From contig JBHJNC010000039.1 in assembly GCA_048497675.1 (NCBI GenBank), positions 1-33,193 on the forward strand: a stretch of DNA of 33,193 nucleotides. Direction: 5' to 3'. Shown here in pieces: positions 1 through 9,134 of this stretch. Position 1 is the stretch's first letter. Every line of letters starts with the position of its first letter. Source of the stretch: Gimesia maris (GTDB lineage Bacteria > Planctomycetota > Phycisphaerae > Sedimentisphaerales > Anaerohalosphaeraceae). The position numbers were made by a program, and so were the translations under genes. The notes beneath the pieces are model-generated. The model was not told the DNA's origin and ran no database searches. It saw only the letters and a list, made by a program, of their open reading frames with translations.

Positions 1-3000
1 TGAAAAGCGCATGCTCCAGCAGGCGGTGGATTCCTTATTTGACAACGGCCGCTGCCGCAGACCGGTTCTCGGCAGCAATAACCGTCCTCTGAAGAGCTTA
101 ACCGATATGATCAAGGGTAAGCAGGGCCGCTTCCGCGAGAACCTGCTGGGCAAGCGCGTTGACTACTCTGCCCGTTCGGTGATTGTTGTCGGTCCTCACT
201 TGAAATTGTACCAGTGCGGTCTGCCCAAGCGAATCGCCTTGGAATTGTTCCAGCCGTTTATTATCCGCAAGCTGAAAGACCGCGGTTACGCCGATACCAT
301 CAAGAGCGCCAAGCGTATGCTTGAACGGCGTGAAGAATACGTCTGGGATATTCTGGAAGAAGTCATTCATCAGCACCCAGTGCTCCTAAACCGTGCTCCT
401 ACGCTTCACCGTATGGGTATTCAAGCCTTTGAACCGGTTCTGGTGGAAGGCAATGCGATTATGCTCCACCCGCTGGTCTGCAACGGATTTAACGCCGACT
501 TTGACGGCGACCAGATGGCTGTCCACCTGCCGCTGAGCATTGAAGCGCAGGTTGAGGCGCACACTCTGATTTTAGCAACGAATAACATTTTCTCGCCTGC
601 CAGCGGAAGCCCGATGCTCGGCCCGTCTCAGGATATGGTGCTGGGTAACTTCTATATTACCCATATTGCTGACGGACAAAAAGGCGAAGGTATGGTTTTC
701 CGTGATATGAACGAAGCGATCACGGCGATGGATATGGGTAAAGTCGGTGTTCATGCCCGGGTTAAAGTTCGTATCCCCGAAGGCAAGAAAGTCTTTGGCG
801 AAAACGGATTTGAAAAGGGCGGGTTGATTAAAACTACACCCGGCCGCTGCCTGTTTAATGACATTCTCGATTCACGGATGCCGTTCTACAATCTGACGCT
901 GGATAAGAAAAAGCTTGGCAACGTCATTCACGACTGCTACGAATACGCCGGGGCCAAAGCCACGCTGGCTTTGCTGGATGATATGAAAGAGCTCGGCTTT
1001 AAGCGGGCGACCTTGTCCGGTATGAGCTTCGGTTTGATCGACCTGCGTATCCCGCCGGAAAAGCAGGGCATCATTGATGCAACGCAGAAGAAATGCGACA
1101 AGATTTACAAGAACTTCCAGGTGGGCGTCCTGACCGAGGGCGAACGCTATAACCAGGTCATTGACGCATGGACACACGCTCGCGTGGCGGTGACCAATGC
1201 GATGATGAATGCGATGAAGAACGATGTCCGCAACGGCGTACCGTATCTGAACCCGATTTGGGTGATGAGGCATTCCGGTGCTCGCGGCAGTATCGATCAG
1301 ATTCAGCAGCTGGCCGGTATGCGTGCCTTGATGGCCAAGCCGAGCGGCGAAATTATCGAAACGCCCATTAAGTCGAACTTCCGCGAAGGTCTTAACGTGC
1401 TGGAATACTTCAGCTCGACTCACGGTGCCCGCAAGGGATTGGCCGATACGGCTTTGAAAACTGCCGACTCGGGTTACCTGACGCGTAAGCTGGCTGATGT
1501 GGCTCAGAATGTCATGATCAGCGAACAGGATTGCGGTACCCTGCAGGGTATTACCAAGGCAACCGTTTATAAAGGTGAAACCGTTGATATTGCACTGAAG
1601 AACTTGATTGTCGGCCGCACCGCGCGTGACAATATCCGCAACCCGATTACTGATGAGATGATTGCTCGTGAAAACGAAGTGATCACCCCGGAAGCCGCTG
1701 AAAAAATCGAACAGCTCGGATTGGAATCCATTCGTGTCCGCAGCCCGCTGACCTGCGAAAGCAAAGTTGGCGTCTGTGCCCGCTGCTATGGCTGGGATCT
1801 GAGTACCAGTCTGGTGGCTGAAGAAGGTCTGGCCGTCGGTATCATGGCTGCCCAGTCCATCGGTGAACCCGGTACGCAGCTGACCATGAGAACGTTCCAT
1901 ACCGGTGGTATCGCGTCGGTGTCGCTGATTGAAAACGATCAGAAGGCCACGCGTGACGGTGTGATTAAGTATATCGAATTGAATGTCGTCGAAGTTGAAA
2001 TCGAAGGCGCCAGGCAGAAAATCGCCTTACGCCGCAACGGCGAAATGGCCTTGGTGGATGAAAAAGGCCGCGAACTGGAACGCTTTAAAGTGCCCTACGG
2101 CGGTTTGATTATGGCCGAAGATGGCCAGAAGGTTAAACGCGGCGAGCGGATGTTCGCCTGGGACCCGCACCGTGTTCCGATTTTGGCCGAAGTACCCGGT
2201 TTCGTACGTTTGGTGGATGTCATCGAAGGCGAAACCATGCGTATCGAAGAAGAACGCAAGGGTCAAAAGGGCCGTCCTGTCGTTATCGAACACAAGGGTG
2301 ACAAGCACCCGCAGGTGATTATCGAAGATGCCGACGGCAAGATTCTGGATGTTCACTATCTGCCGTCTAAGGCCCGTATTGAAGTGGATGAAGGCGCTCA
2401 GGTTGTCGCGGGCGCTCTGCTGGCCCGTCTGCCTCGCGGCGGTGCAGGTACGCAGGATATTACCGGCGGTCTGCCTCGTGTTACGGAAATCTTCGAAGCC
2501 CGCAAGCCGAAAGATCCGGCGGCGATGGCGGAAATTTCCGGTACCGTGGAACTCAAGAGCGATAAACGCCGCGGCAAGATGACGATTATCATCCGCAATG
2601 AAAGCGGTATGGAAAAAGAACACCATGTACCGCGTGACCGGCATTTGAACTTCCATACCGGCGACCGGGTGGAAGCCGGCGATGCCTTAACCGATGGTCC
2701 GCTGGTTCCGCATGACATTCTGCGAATTAAGGGCGAAGAAGCCCTGCAGCGTTATCTGCTCCGCGAAGTGCAGAATGTGTATCGTGCCCAGAGTGTGACC
2801 ATCAACGACAAGCACATCGAAGTGATTCTGTCGCAGATGATGAATAAAGTTGAAATTGAAACCGTCGGCGACAGTCAGTATCTGCCCGGCGAAATCGTCG
2901 ATAAGCAGGATTTCCGCAGAGCGAATATCGACCTGTCGATGGGTCTGCGTATCAGCGACCCCGGCGATACCGACCTGAAGGTTGGTCAGGTTGTAACCAA

Positions 3001-3403
3001 AGAACAGCTTGAATTGGCCAACGAAAAAGTCGAAGCTCTGGGCGGAACGGCGGCGAAAGGCAAAAAGCCGCGTCCGGCGACGGCCACCACGCTGCTGCTG
3101 GGTATTACCAAGGCATCGCTGCAGTCAGACAGCTTTATTTCGGCTGCAAGCTTCCAGGAAACAACAAAAGTCTTGACGGAAGCCTCGCTTGCCGGTAAAA
3201 TTGATGATCTTGTTGGTTTGAAAGAAAATGTCATTCTGGGTCACCTGATCCCGGCAGGTACAGCTTTCAAGAAATACTTAGACGCCAAGATCAAGCATAT
3301 GGGCGAGCCTCCAGTGCCGCGTCAGCTTGAAGAATTGCGTCAGGCCAAAGAAGCCGATGCGGCAGCCGATAAGGCGGTCAAGGCGGCTTTGGGATTGGAA
3401 TAA
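1..3403 (+). CDS. rpoC: RNA polymerase beta' subunit (5'-truncated by window edge)
   Basis: Frame open from base 2 ([10 protein letters not shown]). Catalytic [16 protein letters not shown], bridge helix, TQLTMRTFH trigger loop with large insertion, and [16 protein letters not shown] are all present. Confidence 0.99.
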   Translation, partial: EKRMLQQAVDSLFDNGRCRRPVLGSNNRPLKSLTDMIKGKQGRFRENLLGKRVDYSARSVIVVGPHLKLYQCGLPKRIALELFQPFIIRKLKDRGYADTIKSAKRMLERREEYVWDILEEVIHQHPVLLNRAPTLHRMGIQAFEPVLVEGNAIMLHPLVCNGFNADFDGDQMAVHLPLSIEAQVEAHTLILATNNIFSPASGSPMLGPSQDMVLGNFYITHIADGQKGEGMVFRDMNEAITAMDMGKVGVHARVKVRIPEGKKVFGENGFEKGGLIKTTPGRCLFNDILDSRMPFYNLTLDKKKLGNVIHDCYEYAGAKATLALLDDMKELGFKRATLSGMSFGLIDLRIPPEKQGIIDATQKKCDKIYKNFQVGVLTEGERYNQVIDAWTHARVAVTNAMMNAMKNDVRNGVPYLNPIWVMRHSGARGSIDQIQQLAGMRALMAKPSGEIIETPIKSNFREGLNVLEYFSSTHGARKGLADTALKTADSGYLTRKLADVAQNVMISEQDCGTLQGITKATVYKGETVDIALKNLIVGRTARDNIRNPITDEMIARENEVITPEAAEKIEQLGLESIRVRSPLTCESKVGVCARCYGWDLSTSLVAEEGLAVGIMAAQSIGEPGTQLTMRTFHTGGIASVSLIENDQKATRDGVIKYIELNVVEVEIEGARQKIALRRNGEMALVDEKGRELERFKVPYGGLIMAEDGQKVKRGERMFAWDPHRVPILAEVPGFVRLVDVIEGETMRIEEERKGQKGRPVVIEHKGDKHPQVIIEDADGKILDVHYLPSKARIEVDEGAQVVAGALLARLPRGGAGTQDITGGLPRVTEIFEARKPKDPAAMAEISGTVELKSDKRRGKMTIIIRNESGMEKEHHVPRDRHLNFHTGDRVEAGDALTDGPLVPHDILRIKGEEALQRYLLREVQNVYRAQSVTINDKHIEVILSQMMNKVEIETVGDSQYLPGEIVDKQDFRRANIDLSMGLRISDPGDTDLKVGQVVTKEQLELANEKVEALGGTAAKGKKPRPATATTLLLGITKASLQSDSFISAASFQETTKVLTEASLAGKIDDLVGLKENVILGHLIPAGTAFKKYLDAKIKHMGEPPVPRQLEELRQAKEADAAADKAVKAALGLE

Positions 3404-3451
3404 AAAATATAACTCTTTTATGTATAAGCGGTTAGAACTTTTGGAGAAGAT

Positions 3452-3820
3452 ATGCCGACCATTAATCAGTTAGTTCGCAACGGGCGAAGAAACAAAGGTA
3501 AAAAGAGAGTTTCCGATATCAGCGGAAGCCCTCAGAAACGCGGTGTCTGCCTGATCGTCAGGACCCAGACGCCCAAGAAGCCCAACTCCGCGTTGCGTAA
3601 AATCGCCCGTGTCCGGTTGACCAACGGTACCGAAGTGACTGCGTACATTCCCGGTATTGACCATAACCTGCAGGAACACAGTACGGTGATGATTCGCGGC
3701 GGCCGTGTTCGTGACTTGCCTGGCGTACGGTACCATATTGTTCGCGGCACCCTGGATACTTCGGGCGTAAACGGCCGTAAACAAGGCCGCAGTAAATACG
3801 GCGCCAAGAAGGGTAAATAG
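3452..3820 (+). CDS. rpsL: 30S ribosomal protein S12
   Basis: [20 protein letters not shown] and [13 protein letters not shown] motifs; GGAG SD. Confidence 0.99.
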   Translation: MPTINQLVRNGRRNKGKKRVSDISGSPQKRGVCLIVRTQTPKKPNSALRKIARVRLTNGTEVTAYIPGIDHNLQEHSTVMIRGGRVRDLPGVRYHIVRGTLDTSGVNGRKQGRSKYGAKKGK

Positions 3821-3910
3821 TCGTTAGGTGGACAGCACCGTTCGCGGTGCGGATTCCTTTAAAATAGATAAATTGATAGTAAACCCCAACATTTAGTGTA
3901 AGGTGTTTGA

Positions 3911-4390
3911 ATGGGAAGAAAAAAATTCGTAGAAGGCGACAGCAGGTATTTAACCCCTGATCATAAGTATAACAGCAAACTGGTTTCCAAGTTTGTCAAC
4001 TGTATGATGTGGGACGGCAAAAAGAGCCGGGCATTAGAAATTTTCTATGATGCGATGGATATTATTGCCAAGCAGGTTGCTGAGACGCCGACGATAGAGG
4101 TGTTTGAGACGGCTATCGAGAATGTCAAGCCGATGCTGGAAGTTCGCAGCAAACGCGTCGGCGGAGCCAGCTATCAGGTCCCGATGCAGGTCCGCCCCAA
4201 ACGTCAGCAGTCCCTGGCATTCCGCTGGATTCTGGCGGCCGCACGCGGCAAGAAGGGCAAGCCGATGGCGCAGCGTCTGGCAGGCGAGCTGCTGGATGCC
4301 TTCAAACGCGAAGGCGCAGCAATGACGATGCGGGAAAACGTGCATCGTATGGCCGAAGCCAACAAGGCTTTCGCCCACTTTGCCTGGTAA
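3911..4390 (+). CDS. rpsG: 30S ribosomal protein S7
   Basis: [15 protein letters not shown] and [13 protein letters not shown] motifs. Confidence 0.99.
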   Translation: MGRKKFVEGDSRYLTPDHKYNSKLVSKFVNCMMWDGKKSRALEIFYDAMDIIAKQVAETPTIEVFETAIENVKPMLEVRSKRVGGASYQVPMQVRPKRQQSLAFRWILAAARGKKGKPMAQRLAGELLDAFKREGAAMTMRENVHRMAEANKAFAHFAW

Positions 4391-4403
4391 CAATTTGTTT
4401 TTC

Positions 4404-4448
4404 AAAACAGCCACGGATGTGATAAACTGCACCCGTGGTTGTTTTTTT
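4404..4448 (+). terminator. Intrinsic terminator-like hairpin after rpsG
   Basis: aaaacagccacgg (4404-4416) pairs with ccgtggttgtttt (4433-4445); the arm ends in a T7 run (4442-4448). Confidence 0.75.
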
Positions 4449-4453
4449 ATATA

Positions 4454-4518
4454 CAGCCGGCCCGCTCGACAGGGGATGTAAAATCCCGTCGGGCAATGGG
4501 TATGGCTGCTGTTTTTTT
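4454..4518 (+). terminator. Second long hairpin plus T-run upstream of fusA
   Basis: Nested stems cagcc/ggctg, ccc/ggg, gctcgac/gtcgggc and gggat/atccc around a gtaaa loop, then T7 at 4512-4518. Confidence 0.6.
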
Positions 4519-4562
4519 GACGCAGAATACTGAATGATGGCATCAGATTGAGTGATTGACTT

Positions 4563-6647
4563 ATGGCTGACGACTTATCCTTAGTACGAAATATCGGTAT
4601 TATGGCGCATATCGACGCCGGCAAGACGACGGTATCGGAGCGGATATTATATTTCAGCGGCAAGACATACAAAATCGGTGAAGTTCACAACGGCACGGCC
4701 GTAATGGATTATCTGGAAGAAGAACAGCAGCGCGGCATTACGATTACCTCGGCGGCTACCAAATGTCCGTGGAAAGGCTACGACATCAATCTGATCGATA
4801 CGCCGGGCCATGTGGATTTTACGGCGGAGGTCGAACGGTCGCTTCGTGTTCTCGATGGGGCGGTGGCTGTTTTTGACGCCTCAGAGGGTGTTCAGGCTCA
4901 ATCGGAGACCGTCTGGCGGCAGGGGCAGAAGTATCAGCTGTCGTGCCTGATTTTCATCAACAAGATGGATAAAATCGGCGCCGATTTCGAGATGTGTCTT
5001 CGAAGCATTCACGATAAACTGTTGTCAAACCCTGTCCCGGTGCAGATTCCAATTGGTTACGAATCGACATTCGAAGGAATGGTTGATTTGGTTAAGATGA
5101 AAGCGGTGTATTTCACCCAGGAAGAAAAAGGCGCCAGCTTCAGAGAAGAGGCGATTCCTGCGGACCTGATGGATAATGCGTTGCACTATCGGTCCAAGAT
5201 GATCGAGGCGGCGGCGGAGTTTGATGATGAAATGATGGAGCTGTATATCAGTGACCAGCCTATCGCGGAGGATGTGATTTATCGGGCGATTCGAAAGGGT
5301 ACCGTGGCCAACACATTGCACCCTGTTCTGGTGGGTTCGGCACTGCGTAATATCGGCGTTCGCCGTCTGCTGGATGCGGTGGTTAATTATCTGCCTTCGC
5401 CGCTGGACATGCCGCCGGTAATTGGACATGAAAACGGCGACAAAAACAAGCCTGTCAAAGTTGTTTGCGACCCCAAAAAGCCGCTTGTGGCGATGGCGTT
5501 CAAGATTACCAGCGACAAGCACGGTGATTTGTATTTCCTGCGTATCTACCAAGGGGCTGTTCATAAGGGCACACGCGTATTTAATCCGAACCGTAATGTC
5601 AAAGAAAATGTTACCCGGCTGTTTCACATGCATGCCTCAGAGCGTCTTATTATCGACTCTGCTTTTGCCGGTGATATTGTGGCGGTGCTGGGACCCAAAG
5701 ATACCTTGACCGGCGATACCCTCTGTGACTCCAAAGAAAATGTCATGCTGGAAGGCATCACGTTTCCGGAAACGGTTATTAGTATGTCAATTGAGCCGAT
5801 TTCCGCGGCTGAGCGAAATCGACTTGGTGAAGCGCTGGCGATGCTGCGAAAAGAAGACCCCACATTCAAATCCAAATTTGATCCGGAAACAGGACAAACC
5901 ATCATCAGCGGTATGGGTGAACTGCACCTGGAGATTCTGGAAAATAAGCTGATTCGGGATTTAGGGGTAAAGGTGCGTGTGGGCAAGCCTCGCGTGGCCT
6001 ATAAAGAGGCGATTGCCGGAACTGCCGAAGGGGAGGGCAAATTTATCCGTCAAACCGGCGGCCGGGGACAATATGGGCATGTGGTTATCCGGATGGAAGC
6101 GTTGTTCAGCGAAGACGGCCACTATGCCAAAACCAACCAATTTGTCAACGCCATCATTGGAGGGTCCATTCCGAAAGAGTATATTCCTTCCGTTGAGGCA
6201 GGTGTTATGGGGGGGCTTACCAGCGGTTCGCTGGCGGGGTATCCTGTTGTCGGCGTGAAAGTTACGCTGCTGGACGGGTCGTTTCATGCGGTCGATTCGT
6301 CGGAATTGGCGTTTGAACAGGCTGCGAGTATTGCGGTACAGGATCTCCTCGGCAAGGCAAATCCGGTGCTTCTGGAGCCAGTAATGCGTGTTCAGGTGGT
6401 AACGCCTGAAAACTACTTTGGGGCTATTCAGGGCAATCTGGTTGCACGACGCGGCGAAATTACCAATTCCTATCTGCACGGCACGGTTCGGGTGATTGAT
6501 GCCAAAGTGCCGCTTGGGGAAATGTTTGGTTATGCGAGCCAGATTCGCAGTGCCACGGCGGGGCGGGGCACATTTACCATGGAGCCTTTAAGTTATGAAC
6601 GGGTTCCCGACCAAATAATTGAAAAAATTCTTTTAGGAAGTTATTGA
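4563..6647 (+). CDS. fusA: Elongation factor G (str-locus copy, somewhat divergent)
   Basis: NIGIMAHIDAGKTT, RGITITSAA, DTPGHVDF, NKMD, GMGELHLEI, GGRGQYGHV and EMFGY motifs; 694 aa. Confidence 0.97.
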   Translation: MADDLSLVRNIGIMAHIDAGKTTVSERILYFSGKTYKIGEVHNGTAVMDYLEEEQQRGITITSAATKCPWKGYDINLIDTPGHVDFTAEVERSLRVLDGAVAVFDASEGVQAQSETVWRQGQKYQLSCLIFINKMDKIGADFEMCLRSIHDKLLSNPVPVQIPIGYESTFEGMVDLVKMKAVYFTQEEKGASFREEAIPADLMDNALHYRSKMIEAAAEFDDEMMELYISDQPIAEDVIYRAIRKGTVANTLHPVLVGSALRNIGVRRLLDAVVNYLPSPLDMPPVIGHENGDKNKPVKVVCDPKKPLVAMAFKITSDKHGDLYFLRIYQGAVHKGTRVFNPNRNVKENVTRLFHMHASERLIIDSAFAGDIVAVLGPKDTLTGDTLCDSKENVMLEGITFPETVISMSIEPISAAERNRLGEALAMLRKEDPTFKSKFDPETGQTIISGMGELHLEILENKLIRDLGVKVRVGKPRVAYKEAIAGTAEGEGKFIRQTGGRGQYGHVVIRMEALFSEDGHYAKTNQFVNAIIGGSIPKEYIPSVEAGVMGGLTSGSLAGYPVVGVKVTLLDGSFHAVDSSELAFEQAASIAVQDLLGKANPVLLEPVMRVQVVTPENYFGAIQGNLVARRGEITNSYLHGTVRVIDAKVPLGEMFGYASQIRSATAGRGTFTMEPLSYERVPDQIIEKILLGSY

Positions 6648-6672
6648 CAAGTATAAAAGCCTGTTATATACT
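6644..6672 (+). promoter_or_regulatory. sigma70-type promoter overlapping the fusA stop codon
   Basis: TTGACA (6644-6649), 17-bp spacer, TATACT (6667-6672). Confidence 0.75.
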
Positions 6673-6680
6673 CCTTCTTT

Positions 6681-6950
6681 CCGGCCGAGCGAGCGCGTTA
6701 TGAATGAATATCGTGCGATTCGAGTTGGGCTGTTCATCTCAGTTTGAGATTTTATGGACGGCACTGAAGCCTTCAAGGCTTTGAATGCCAAATACATGTA
6801 GTGCAAGGACTTACATCAAGTTTAATGCGCGAAAGTTAAATTGTGGACGTATTTGGTAATTAGGATTTCATACACAAATAGATTGGGTATGTCCTATAAT
6901 TTTGTCCTCAGGTATCTTAAAAAATGAATGCGATTCTGATGGACTAAAAT
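6681..6950 (+). ncRNA. Candidate structured RNA (ncRNA or long S10 leader)
   Basis: Back-to-back hairpins and a three-way junction found by hand, starting just after the promoter. No family recognised. Confidence 0.4.
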
Positions 6951-7011
6951 TAAAATGAACAACAGATACATTTGTAAAAAAATAACTTTTAACAAAAAAT
7001 AAGTTTTTTTC

Positions 7012-7040
7012 TTGTTTTTGTTGGATGGAATTGATAATCT
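7012..7040 (+). promoter_or_regulatory. Probable proximal S10-operon promoter with A/T-tract UP region
   Basis: TTGTTT (7012-7017), 17 bp, TAATCT (7035-7040) with TGn extension; A/T tracts over about 6970-7010. Confidence 0.5.
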
Positions 7041-7096
7041 TTCCATCTTTCAAAAATGGATATGTAGATGTCGCAGGTATAGATTAAGGGTTAACC

Positions 7097-7408
7097 ATGA
7101 CGGAAACCGAACGCATTAGAATAAGAATGGAAGCCTATGATCATAGGGCTTTGGACAGCTCGGCGAAAGAAATCGTTGAGCAGGCTCGCCGTACGAACGC
7201 ACGGGTTAGCGGACCGGTTCCGCTGCCGACCCGCATTGAGCGGTATACCGTATTGCGCAGTCCGCATGTGGATAAGAAGTCTCGTGAACAGTTTGAAATG
7301 AGAACGCATAAGCGTTTGATTGATATTTATGATGCAAATGCCCGCACAGTCGAAGCCCTCAACCGGCTTGTTGTCCCTGCGGGCGTTTTTGTTAAGATTA
7401 AAGCGTAG
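7097..7408 (+). CDS. rpsJ: 30S ribosomal protein S10
   Basis: [16 protein letters not shown] and [20 protein letters not shown] motifs. Confidence 0.99.
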   Translation: MTETERIRIRMEAYDHRALDSSAKEIVEQARRTNARVSGPVPLPTRIERYTVLRSPHVDKKSREQFEMRTHKRLIDIYDANARTVEALNRLVVPAGVFVKIKA

Positions 7409-7491
7409 TCCTAAAAAATCATGAATGCCAGCATTAAAAAAGGCATTCTTGAGAATGTGAAAGATTGAGTCAGACTCAAAGGAAATAGACA

Positions 7492-8142
7492 ATGGCAATG
7501 TTGCTGGGAAAAAAAGTTGGCATGACGCAGGTTTACAACGAAGCCGGTCAGATGACGACGGTTACGGTAATCCAGGCCGGTCCCTGTAAGGTTATGCAGG
7601 TCAAGACCCCGGAAACGGATGGATATGCGGCCATGCAGCTTGGTTTTGATGATAAGAAAGAACGTCGGGTATTAAAGCCCGAAGCAGGTCATGCGGCCAA
7701 GGTCAATACCGCGGCCAAACGATTTATCCGCGAGTGGCGTTTGGAAGACGGCGCTGAAGTAAAATACAACGCCGGCGATGATGTGGATGTAAAGCTGTTT
7801 GAAGGTGTAACCTATGTTGATGTGATTGGCACCAGCAAGGGTAAAGGGTATGCCGGTGTTATGAAACGCCACAACTTCGGCGGTTTCCCGGCATCACACG
7901 GTACCGAACGCAAGCACCGTGCCGGTGGTTCAATCGCCAGCCATGCAACCAACCGTGGTAATAGCGGTAAGATCAAAAAAGGCAAGCGGATGAGCGGTCG
8001 TCTGGGCAACGAACGGGTCACCACCAGAAATCACAAACTGATTTCGATTGATCCGGAAAACAACCTGCTTGTCGTTAAAGGCGGTGTTCCCGGTCCCAAC
8101 GGCGGATATGTAGAGATTCGCACGGCAAAAACGAAAAAATAA
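7492..8142 (+). CDS. rplC: 50S ribosomal protein L3
   Basis: GKKVGMTQ, GTSKGKGYAGVMKRHNF and KGGVPG motifs. Confidence 0.99.
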   Translation: MAMLLGKKVGMTQVYNEAGQMTTVTVIQAGPCKVMQVKTPETDGYAAMQLGFDDKKERRVLKPEAGHAAKVNTAAKRFIREWRLEDGAEVKYNAGDDVDVKLFEGVTYVDVIGTSKGKGYAGVMKRHNFGGFPASHGTERKHRAGGSIASHATNRGNSGKIKKGKRMSGRLGNERVTTRNHKLISIDPENNLLVVKGGVPGPNGGYVEIRTAKTKK

Positions 8143-8172
8143 ACATTCAGCAGATTCCGACTGGAATAGAAT

Positions 8173-8799
8173 ATGATTGACATTGCAGTATATAATCGCG
8201 AAGGCAAAGAGGTTGAAAGCCTCCAGGTAGATGAAAGCGTCTTTGGGGGCGTTGTTCGTCATGCTCTGATCAAACAGGCTGTGGTCATGTATCAGGCCAA
8301 TAAGCGCATCGGCACCGCAGCGACCAAACAGAAAAGTCTGGTAGAAGGTTCAACCCGCAAGCTTTACAAGCAAAAGGGGACCGGTAATGCCCGTATGGGT
8401 CAGGTTCGAACCCCGTCCCGTGTCGGCGGCGGTGTGGCATTCGGCAAAAAGGTCCGGGACTTCAATCAGGATATGCCCAAGAAACAGCGTCGTCTGGCAA
8501 CGGATTCGGCAATCTTATCCAAACTGCAGAGCGGTAGCGTTGTTTTGGTTGATGAACTGAACTTTGATGCACCCAAGACTAAAGAGTTTGTTCGCGTTTT
8601 GAACAACTTAAAGATAGAACGCAGCTGTCTGGTTGCCGTCAAGGATCGCAGTGAAAGCCTGCTTAAGTCAGTTCGTAATGTACCGAAAGTCGGCTTGATG
8701 CTGGTCAATGAATTGAATGCCGGTGATATCTGCAACCGTCAGAAAATGCTGTTAACAAAAGACGCCTTTTTGGCTCTGGTTAACCGGGAATCCAATTAA
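8173..8799 (+). CDS. rplD: 50S ribosomal protein L4
   Basis: KQKGTGNARMG and GGGVAFG motifs. Confidence 0.99.
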   Translation: MIDIAVYNREGKEVESLQVDESVFGGVVRHALIKQAVVMYQANKRIGTAATKQKSLVEGSTRKLYKQKGTGNARMGQVRTPSRVGGGVAFGKKVRDFNQDMPKKQRRLATDSAILSKLQSGSVVLVDELNFDAPKTKEFVRVLNNLKIERSCLVAVKDRSESLLKSVRNVPKVGLMLVNELNAGDICNRQKMLLTKDAFLALVNRESN

Positions 8800-8819
8800 A
8801 TCCCTAAGGTGGTTATAAT

Positions 8820-9098
8820 ATGAACGAATACAACATTATAGTCAGACCCATAGTTACTGAACAGGGAATGCATTTTGCGAATACCAAAAACGCATATTCC
8901 TTCGAAGTGCATAAGAATTCCAACAAGGTCCAGATTCGCCAGGCCGTCGAAAAGCTTTATAACGTTAAGGTATTGGATGTGCGGACAGCGAATGTCAAAG
9001 GCAAAGTTCGCCGCAGAGGCCGGACGTTTGGCGTAACCCCCAGTTGGAAAAAGGCGGTTGTTGTGCTTCATCCTGACAATCGCATCGACCTGTTCTAA
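8820..9098 (+). CDS. rplW: 50S ribosomal protein L23
   Basis: RPIVTE, NKVQIRQAVEKLYNVKV and WKKAVV motifs. Confidence 0.98.
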   Translation: MNEYNIIVRPIVTEQGMHFANTKNAYSFEVHKNSNKVQIRQAVEKLYNVKVLDVRTANVKGKVRRRGRTFGVTPSWKKAVVVLHPDNRIDLF

Positions 9099-9134
9099 TG
9101 GCGTGAACTTCCGCAAGTAAGGATATAGACGAAT

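Noticed and set aside
872-1900. 342-aa antisense ORF, and similar long antisense ORFs such as 2027-2656, 5025-5633 and 14715-15608
   Set aside because: They lie opposite highly conserved genes, have no recognisable motifs, and are the expected shadow of biased codon usage.
6868-7053. 61-aa minus-strand ORF in the fusA-rpsJ spacer
   Set aside because: It crosses A/T tracts of the promoter region, giving F/K/N-rich low-complexity sequence with no recognisable domain.
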